A stretch of DNA of 32,000 nt from Synechocystis sp. PCC 6803 substr. PCC-P (lineage in GTDB: Bacteria; Cyanobacteriota; Cyanobacteriia; Cyanobacteriales; Microcystaceae). This document shows, one piece after another, positions 27,201 through 32,000 of this stretch. Position 1 is the stretch's first letter, and every line of letters begins with the position of its first letter. The translations under genes were made by a program, and so were the position numbers. Under the pieces are notes generated by a model. It was not told the origin of the DNA, searched no databases, and saw nothing but the letters and a program-made list of their open reading frames with translations. Location of the stretch: assembly GCF_000284455.1 (NCBI RefSeq), contig NC_017039.1:870001-902000 (forward strand), given 5' to 3'.

Positions 27201-27517
27201 ATAAGGGGGCGTTTGAAATGGCCGCCACGTTAGATTATCTCTTTGCCTACGATGCCACTGCCCATTGTGTGGAGGATTTTATGTATACGGGAATAGCTCA
27301 GGCATACCTACTGGATGAAGAAGTGCAGAAATTTGTGCAACAGCACAATCCTTGGGCGTTAAGGGACATGGCGGAAAGATTATTGGAAGCAGAGCAAAGA
27401 CAACTCTGGAGCAATGTTGACCCCCAACTACTAGATCAACTGCGGGCGATCGCCCATGGTGCGGAAGAAATTTTGGAAAATAGTCAAATTTACCCTAGAC
27501 AAGAAAAGCTGAAATAA
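24239..27517 (+). CDS. cobN: Cobaltochelatase large subunit CobN (CobN/Mg-chelatase H family), N-terminally short
   Basis: ~1092-aa ORF (the TTG at 24236 or the ATG at 24239 could be the start). CobN/ChlH blocks are visible: IFYRSHYLSGNTTPIDALCQALEKHNLNPLAIYVSSL, HLGKHGNLEWLPGK, FIVNDPGEGTQAKRR, ELKEAQIRDGLHILG, PSRGRPDVLPTGRNFY, SIWGTSTMRTGGDD, DNREHDLLDSDDYYQFQGG. An in-frame TAG at 24221-24223 closes the frame upstream. Confidence 0.9.
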   Translation: MPQFKAITTIAIIFYRSHYLSGNTTPIDALCQALEKHNLNPLAIYVSSLREPDVQAEILAILENLDQPLGAILNTTSFSLAKLQRQIGNLEMIPLWQKLNVPVLQVILSGGDRQQWQEGLRGLNPRDLAMNVALPEVDGRIITRAISFKAMAARHPQLETEVAIYEPVLDRVEWIAELTKNIINCAQTEIFQRKIALILANYPNKDGRLANGVGLDTPASCLQILEALKIAGYHLSAIPKDTETLIKQLTQGVTNDQELAQYRTVNQTIVTEKVWQFFYSLPQSVQQAMTERWQVRENWDNLPDQFAISGIQFGNIFVGIQPARGYDFDPSLNYHAPDLEPTLHYLAFYLWLRQEFSAQAIIHLGKHGNLEWLPGKSVVLSDHCHPEIALGPLPNFYPFIVNDPGEGTQAKRRSQACIIDHLTPPLTRAELYGDLEKLEALIDEYYEAQALDPTRVKTIGDRLRKLLATSNLQTDLGLTPPALKDLQPLLTSADSYLCELKEAQIRDGLHILGQTPTGEQLRDLAISIARSPSYQRLGLTQAIAFDLELEFDPVLDDPNEPWQLSSTMQMKLQQWELTQFIELFNSCRIGGQVIEILEEIAKQLVGSLLEIVIVDQKVNLFFQKPDSKTKSNLDYIEQTLLPMLQQTPQEITNLLRGLNGEYIASGPAGAPSRGRPDVLPTGRNFYAVDIRAIPTETAWDIGRRAAETLIERYTQDHGEYPQTLAISIWGTSTMRTGGDDIAQVLALLGVQPVWDSPSRRIVDFEILPTTVLKRPRVDVTIRISGFFRDSFPNLVEFLHQAIAAVSQLDEPANLNPLAEKVKQETEQWQQLGLATEEAVTKATYRIFGSKPGAYGAGLQGLIEAQNWQDDSDLARAYLNWSCYAYDRQGVGHNQPEVFAQRLQNLQIVLHNQDNREHDLLDSDDYYQFQGGLTAAVRSLTGKNPTVYFGDNSNPAQPKVKLLTQEIAKVYRSRVVNPKWIAGVMRHGYKGAFEMAATLDYLFAYDATAHCVEDFMYTGIAQAYLLDEEVQKFVQQHNPWALRDMAERLLEAEQRQLWSNVDPQLLDQLRAIAHGAEEILENSQIYPRQEKLK

Positions 27518-27532
27518 ATTAGTTAGATATTG

Positions 27533-27560
27533 AATGGTGTAAATAGTCACCATTGTTTAG
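27533..27560 (+). terminator. Weak terminator-like hairpin between cobN and uirS
   Basis: The 7-bp stem AATGGTG (27533-27539) pairs with CACCATT (27548-27554) over an 8-nt loop. It is followed by GTTTAGTATTT, which is AT-rich with no clean U-tract. Confidence 0.3.
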
Positions 27561-27608
27561 TATTTGATCAGCCTAATCTGCTCAAGTAATTTAACTAAAG
27601 GTACGTCC

Positions 27609-30143
27609 ATGGCAATCACCGCATTTACCCTGGGGGATTTTTTCCAAGCCAACAGCTATATACCCCACGGCCATTGCTACCTTTGGCAAACTCCCCTGGT
27701 CTGGCTCCACGTCAGCGCTGATTTTTTCACGGCGATCGCCTACTACTCTATTCCCTTAACTCTGCTCTACTTTTTGCGGAAGCGCCAAGATATTCCTTTT
27801 CCTAATATTATTTTCCTGTTTAGTACTTTTATTTTATGCTGTGGCACCAGTCACTTTTTTGACATTATCACCCTTTGGTACCCTATTTATTGGATATCCG
27901 GTACAGTCAAAGCCTCCATGGCGATCGTCTCTATTATCACTGTGTTTGAATTAATTCAAATTGTACCCAATGCCCTAAATTTAAAATCCCCCACGGAATT
28001 AGCTACCCTCAATCTGGCTCTAAATCAAGAAATTAAAGAAAGGCAAACAGCGGAAATAGCATTGCAGGAGTTAAACAATAATCTTGAAAAAAGAGTGGAA
28101 GACCGCACTACCCAATTAGCAAAAATAAATCAACAATTAGAACAGGAAATTGAAGATAAAACCCGGGCAAAAGAAGATCTAGAAAAAAATAAAGATCAAT
28201 TGGCGCAATTGGCTGCTATTGTCGAATCTTCCCAGGACGCAATTATTAGTAAAACCCTAGATGGTAACATCACCAGTTGGAACGAGTCTGCGGAAAGATT
28301 ATTTGGCTACACAGCAGAAGAAATGATTGGAAGTCATATCACCAAACTTATTCCTGAGGAATTAATCTTGGAAGAAGACCTTATTGCTGAATGCATCCGC
28401 CAAGGTCAGAGAATTAACACCTACGAAACTCAAAGACAGCGTAAAGATGGTACTAAAATTGATGTTGCCCTGACCATTTCTCCCATTCGAGATGAACACA
28501 AAAATGTAGTGGGAGCCTCCAAAATTGTTAGGGATATTACCGCCAGATTGGATGTGGAAAATGCCCTACGGGAAAGTCAATATTTTATTGAAAAATTAGC
28601 TAATTATTCTCCCCAGATTCTTTATATTTTAGACCCCATTGCTTGGAAAAATATTTATGTCAATTATCAATCCTTCGAAATCCTAGGCTACACTCCAGAA
28701 GAATTTAAAAATGGGGGAACGGAGCTGTTGTTAAATATTGTGCATCCCGATGACATCCCAACCCTTTACGAAAATAAGAATTTTTGGCAAAAGTCCCAGG
28801 AAGGCCAAGTGTTGACCACTGAATATCGAATGCGCCACAAAAATGGTTCTTGGCGGTGGCTACGTTCTCGGGAAGTGGTTTTTGCTAGGGATGATTATGG
28901 GCAAGTTACTAAGGTTTTGGGCACAGCCCAGGATATTAGTGATAGCAAAGAACAGGAACAAAGACTTTATGAGCAAGGCCGCCGCGAATCATTATTAAGG
29001 GAAATTACCCAGCGTATCCGTCAGTCTTTAGATCTGCCAACTATTTTTAACACAGTAGTGCAGGAAATTCGTCAGTTTTTGGAAGCAGATCGGGTAGTTA
29101 TTTTTCAGTTTTCACCCGACTCTGACTTTTCCGTTGGTAATATTGTGGCAGAGTCGGTATTGGCTCCATTTAAGCCAATCATTAATAGTGCAATTGAAGA
29201 AACTTGTTTTAGTAATAACTATGCCCAAAGGTATCAGCAGGGCAGAATTCAGGTCATTGAGGATATTCACCAGTCCCATCTTAGGCAATGCCACATTGAC
29301 TTTCTTGCCAGGCTACAGGTCAGGGCAAACCTAGTGCTACCACTAATTAATGATGCCATTTTGTGGGGCTTATTGTGTATTCATCAATGTGACAGTTCTA
29401 GAGTTTGGGAACAAACAGAAATTGATCTGCTCAAGCAGATCACTAATCAGTTTGAAATTGCCATCCAACAGGCTACTTTGTACGAGCAGGCTCAACAAGA
29501 ATTGGCTTCTAAAAATCAGCTTTTTGTACAATTAACCAACGAATTAGAGCAAAAAAAAGTATTGCTTAAGGAAATTCATCATCGAGTTAAAAACAATTTG
29601 CAAATTATGTCTAGTTTACTTTATTTGCAATTTAGTAAGGCTTCTCCAGCCATCCAGCAATTGAGTGAGGAATACCAGAATCGCATTCAATCCATGGCAT
29701 TGATTCATGAGCAGTTATATCGTAGTGAAGACTTAGCTAATATTGATTTTAGTCAATATCTTAAAAATTTGACTCACAATATCTGCCAAAGTTACGGCTG
29801 TAATACTGATAGTATTAAAATTAAATTGTTGGTTGAACAAGTTAAAGTTCCTTTAGAGCAGTCCATTCCTTTGGGATTAATTATTCAGGAATTAGTTTCC
29901 AATGCTTTAAAACATGCTTTCCCAACGACGGAAGGGGAAATTTCGATTAAATTCACTTCAATGAACAGTCACTATAGTTTACAGGTGTGGGATAACGGAG
30001 TTGGAATTTCCAGGGATATAGATTTGGAAAATACAGATAGTTTGGGCATGCAACTTATCTACAGCCTAACTGAACAACTCCAGGGAGAATTGCACTATGA
30101 ATATGTCGGTGGCGCTCAATTTGGGTTGGAATTTTCACTTTAG
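27609..30143 (+). CDS. uirS: Hybrid sensor kinase UirS/SynEtr1: ethylene-binding-type TM domain, two PAS domains, a two-Cys cyanobacteriochrome GAF domain, and HisKA_2 plus HATPase
   Basis: From the ATG at 27609: MAITAFTLGDFFQANSYIPHGHCYLWQTPLVWLHVSADFFTAIAYYSIPL...FILCCGTSHFFDI. These are three TM helices with the Cys/His pair of plant ETR1-type ethylene-binding domains. A coiled coil and two PAS domains follow (IISKTLDGNITSWNESAERLFGY; ILYILDP...YRMRHKNGSWRWL). The GAF domain has EETCF (Cys codon 29205-29207) and LLCIHQC (Cys codon 29376-29378). The H-box is EIHHRVKNNLQ (HisKA_2 type), and the ATPase has the N/G boxes ELVSNALKHAF, DNGVG, SLGMQL. It corresponds to slr1212 from memory. Confidence 0.92.
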   Translation: MAITAFTLGDFFQANSYIPHGHCYLWQTPLVWLHVSADFFTAIAYYSIPLTLLYFLRKRQDIPFPNIIFLFSTFILCCGTSHFFDIITLWYPIYWISGTVKASMAIVSIITVFELIQIVPNALNLKSPTELATLNLALNQEIKERQTAEIALQELNNNLEKRVEDRTTQLAKINQQLEQEIEDKTRAKEDLEKNKDQLAQLAAIVESSQDAIISKTLDGNITSWNESAERLFGYTAEEMIGSHITKLIPEELILEEDLIAECIRQGQRINTYETQRQRKDGTKIDVALTISPIRDEHKNVVGASKIVRDITARLDVENALRESQYFIEKLANYSPQILYILDPIAWKNIYVNYQSFEILGYTPEEFKNGGTELLLNIVHPDDIPTLYENKNFWQKSQEGQVLTTEYRMRHKNGSWRWLRSREVVFARDDYGQVTKVLGTAQDISDSKEQEQRLYEQGRRESLLREITQRIRQSLDLPTIFNTVVQEIRQFLEADRVVIFQFSPDSDFSVGNIVAESVLAPFKPIINSAIEETCFSNNYAQRYQQGRIQVIEDIHQSHLRQCHIDFLARLQVRANLVLPLINDAILWGLLCIHQCDSSRVWEQTEIDLLKQITNQFEIAIQQATLYEQAQQELASKNQLFVQLTNELEQKKVLLKEIHHRVKNNLQIMSSLLYLQFSKASPAIQQLSEEYQNRIQSMALIHEQLYRSEDLANIDFSQYLKNLTHNICQSYGCNTDSIKIKLLVEQVKVPLEQSIPLGLIIQELVSNALKHAFPTTEGEISIKFTSMNSHYSLQVWDNGVGISRDIDLENTDSLGMQLIYSLTEQLQGELHYEYVGGAQFGLEFSL

Positions 30144-30152
30144 CTAGCTCCA

Positions 30153-30174
30153 TCAAAAATCAACGAAAATCAAC
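30153..30174 (+). promoter_or_regulatory. Tandem AAAATCAAC repeat in the 48-nt uirS-uirR spacer
   Basis: TCAAAAATCAACGAAAATCAAC: exact 9-mers at 30156-30164 and 30166-30174, 10-bp period. The function is hypothetical. Confidence 0.35.
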
Positions 30175-30191
30175 ATTATTTGACTGCAACC

Positions 30192-30917
30192 ATGGTAACC
30201 AAAATACTGATTGTAGAGGATGAAAGGCTAGTGGCCCAACACATTGCCCAATTATTAAAAAGTGATGGCTATGAAATTTGTGTGATCGCCAGTGATGGAG
30301 CAACGGCGCTGAAAAAAATTGCTGAGTTTTATCCAGATCTAGTTTTACTAGATATTCGTATTAAAGGAGAGATCGACGGGATAGAGGTGGCGGAACGGAT
30401 AAAATCTCTTTACTCCATCCCCATTGTTTATCTCACAGCTTTTTCTGATGGGGAAACCCTGGAGCGGGCCCAGAAAACCAATCCCCAGGGCTATGTGATT
30501 AAGCCTTTTCGGCGGGAACAACTATTATCCACCGTGGCGATCGCCATAGCCAATCATCAACAGCAACGAAAACCTGAGGAAGATACCCTCTCCACGTCAA
30601 CGGGCCATTATCGCCTGCAACCGACTTTGGACTATATCGAAGAGCATCTCGACCAAGGAATTACCGTTGAATTTCTGGCCGGGGCGATCGGCATGAGCAC
30701 AGCCTACTTTTGTCGCTTTTTCCAAAAGGAAATGGGATGTTCCCCCTATCAATTTATTATCCAACAACGGGTTGAGCGGGCCAAAGCCATACTACTGGAA
30801 AGAGAATTGTCCATTAGCGAAGTAGCTTTGAGATGCGGCTTCAGTTCCCACAGTCAACTTAACCACCATTTTCGTAATCTCTTGGGCATTACCCCGAAAG
30901 AATATCGTAGTCGCTAG
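30192..30917 (+). CDS. uirR: Response regulator with AraC-type HTH output domain (UirR)
   Basis: From the ATG at 30192: MVTKILIVEDERLVAQHIAQLLKSDGYEICVIASDGATALKKIAEFYPDLVLLDIRIKG (REC domain, phospho-acceptor Asp in LLDI). The C-terminus is an AraC/XylS HTH (STAYFCRFFQKEMGCSPYQFIIQQRVERAKAILLERELSISEVALRCGFSSHSQLNHHFRNLLGITPKEYR). It corresponds to slr1213 from memory. Confidence 0.9.
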   Translation: MVTKILIVEDERLVAQHIAQLLKSDGYEICVIASDGATALKKIAEFYPDLVLLDIRIKGEIDGIEVAERIKSLYSIPIVYLTAFSDGETLERAQKTNPQGYVIKPFRREQLLSTVAIAIANHQQQRKPEEDTLSTSTGHYRLQPTLDYIEEHLDQGITVEFLAGAIGMSTAYFCRFFQKEMGCSPYQFIIQQRVERAKAILLERELSISEVALRCGFSSHSQLNHHFRNLLGITPKEYRSR

Positions 30918-30948
30918 CAGTTTCCAAGCAAGATCCGGGCGAAAAAAT

Positions 30949-30989
30949 AAAATCGATGTCAAAAATCAACTAGTTTGTCAAAAATCGAC
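30949..30989 (+). promoter_or_regulatory. Three AAAATC(G/A)A(T/C) repeats, including a TGTCAAAAATC direct repeat with 20-bp spacing; candidate AraC-type (UirR) operator for the lsiR promoter
   Basis: AAAATCGAT at 30949-30957, AAAATCAAC at 30962-30970, AAAATCGAC at 30981-30989. TGTCAAAAATC occurs at 30957-30967 and 30977-30987. A -10-like TAGGAT lies at 31014-31019. The function is hypothetical. Confidence 0.4.
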
Positions 30990-31451
30990 CAGGACAGGGT
31001 TGGGAATTTTTCCTAGGATGGGACTGTGCTGGTGAGCGACGGGCTGCGAATGCCATTGGCTCAAATCCCAACCTTGCCAAGGATTAGACCTACTCCTACC
31101 CGCTTATTTTTAGGCAAGTTCTTGCAGGTTTGAATCCTAACCGACATTTTTGCTTCTAGGCCTTGGATAGCGAGAGTTACCCTTGGCCACCAAACCTTGG
31201 CTAAGTCGATGCCTTTTGGTACCCCAACTAGCAGCAAACACCAGTCATCTTCCTTGAATCCTTCTCTGGTCAGTCCTACGGGTCACTGTTTGGAGCAATG
31301 CCTGGGGCATTGAGCATTTCCTCCCATGTCAATCACAACTGACAGTTAAAACAAGGGAATTACTCGGCCCTAGGTCTCCTTATCCCACTGACAACAGCAT
31401 TAACCGAACACTGTTAAAGTTTATCTTTCCAAACATGCAAAGGAGTTTCCC

Positions 31452-32000
31452 ATGACTGCTGTGATCACCCGCCAAATTCCTGGCCAATTCCTGCAAACCT
31501 TAATTAAGGAAAAAGCTACCGGGAGACTAACGGTATCCAATCCCCTCGATGAGTTGGTCACCTGGCAGGTCTATCTTGGCAAAGGGAAAATCAATTTTGC
31601 CAACAGTGGTGTAGGGGGAATGCAAAGAGTCAGATATCTCCTGGGTAATTACCTGAACGAAAATAAAATTAGCCTGCCTTCCCAAATCTCAGATGACTAT
31701 AAATATATCTGTGATCTTTGGAAACAAGAACTGATTTCTTTTCAGCAAACTCGCTCAATTTTAACCCAGTTTACCCAGGAAGCATTGGTGCACTTTTTGT
31801 CTATTCCTATGACCCAATGTCACTTTGAGCAAGAAGATAGCATTAAAGACCTATTTCTGAATTTAGAATTAGCTAAAACCACCCAATCGGTGGAACATAA
31901 AATTAGATATTGGGGAGAGTTATATCCCCAGATCAATTCACCTTTCCAGCGTCCCTTGGTGGAGGATTGGCAGGAAGTGAAAACGATGCTGAATTTGAGC
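31452..32000 (+). CDS. lsiR: PatA-type response regulator LsiR, N-terminal PATAN domain only (the gene runs off the right edge)
   Basis: Absent from the ORF track because it is open-ended. The ATG at 31452 is preceded by AAAGGAG (31439-31445). 183 codons follow with no stop: MTAVITRQIPGQFLQTLIKEKATGRLTVSNPLDELVTWQVYLGKGKINFANSGVGGMQRVRYLLGNYL... This is the PATAN/DUF4388-like N-terminus of PatA-type regulators. It corresponds to slr1214 from memory. Confidence 0.85.
   Translation, partial: MTAVITRQIPGQFLQTLIKEKATGRLTVSNPLDELVTWQVYLGKGKINFANSGVGGMQRVRYLLGNYLNENKISLPSQISDDYKYICDLWKQELISFQQTRSILTQFTQEALVHFLSIPMTQCHFEQEDSIKDLFLNLELAKTTQSVEHKIRYWGELYPQINSPFQRPLVEDWQEVKTMLNLS

Noticed and set aside
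6149-30191. Upstream extensions of ORF-track starts (6149, 10333, 17845, 19268, 21040, 21516, 23799, 27564, 30180)
   Set aside because: The extensions begin at non-ATG or unsupported codons, overlap upstream genes or terminators, and add residues unlike the respective families. Internal ATGs with an SD sequence or conserved N-termini were preferred. The exact starts remain predictions.
31209-31313. 34-codon ORF (MPFGTPTSSKHQSSSLNPSLVSPTGHCLEQCLGH) inside the lsiR leader
   Set aside because: It has no Shine-Dalgarno sequence, a low-complexity Ser/Pro-rich product, and a length within chance expectation for a 534-nt spacer.
1-32000. Search by eye for tRNA/rRNA genes, CRISPR repeat-spacer arrays, IS terminal inverted repeats with transposase, integrases, and known defence-system gene sets
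   Set aside because: I found none. Every gap of 150 nt or more was inspected and contains only promoter-like AT-rich sequence, short hairpins or the repeats reported above. No recombinase, nuclease-helicase, methyltransferase or STAND/AAA+ defence-type ORFs are present besides the small PIN-like gene.

Overview
This is a gene-dense, mostly plus-strand stretch of a unicellular cyanobacterial chromosome. The HIP1 octamer GCGATCGC is very frequent. The gene order is smc, dprA, 1-Cys peroxiredoxin, mutL, urtB-urtC, htrA, pgr5, cobN, uirS-uirR-lsiR. From memory, not from any search, this matches the slr1197-slr1214 neighbourhood of Synechocystis sp. PCC 6803. I call 27 protein-coding genes. Two are open at the window edges and so are missing from the ORF track: smc on the left (minus strand) and lsiR on the right. 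Several ORF-track starts look over-extended, so I moved them to internal ATGs that remove overlaps or have a Shine-Dalgarno sequence (TPR protein, mutL, Rieske, MFP, pgr5, aldolase/SDR, PIN-like, cobN, uirS, uirR). I found no rRNA, tRNA, CRISPR array, IS element or prophage. The most system-like element is the ethylene-receptor/cyanobacteriochrome kinase UirS with its two response regulators, which is already described in the literature. The points that may not be fully described are: (1) the cobN frame starts about 190-200 residues inside the conserved family architecture, directly behind an AT-rich, HIP1-free DUF433/PIN-like toxin-antitoxin-like pair; (2) two clusters of an AAAATCRAY repeat flank uirR and are candidate AraC-type operators; (3) four (T/G)TTACA hexamers at helical phasing lie upstream of pgr5; (4) some small repeats and hairpins sit in intergenic regions. 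I do not see convincing evidence for a wholly new multi-gene system here. All novelty claims below are hypotheses that need the stated computations.
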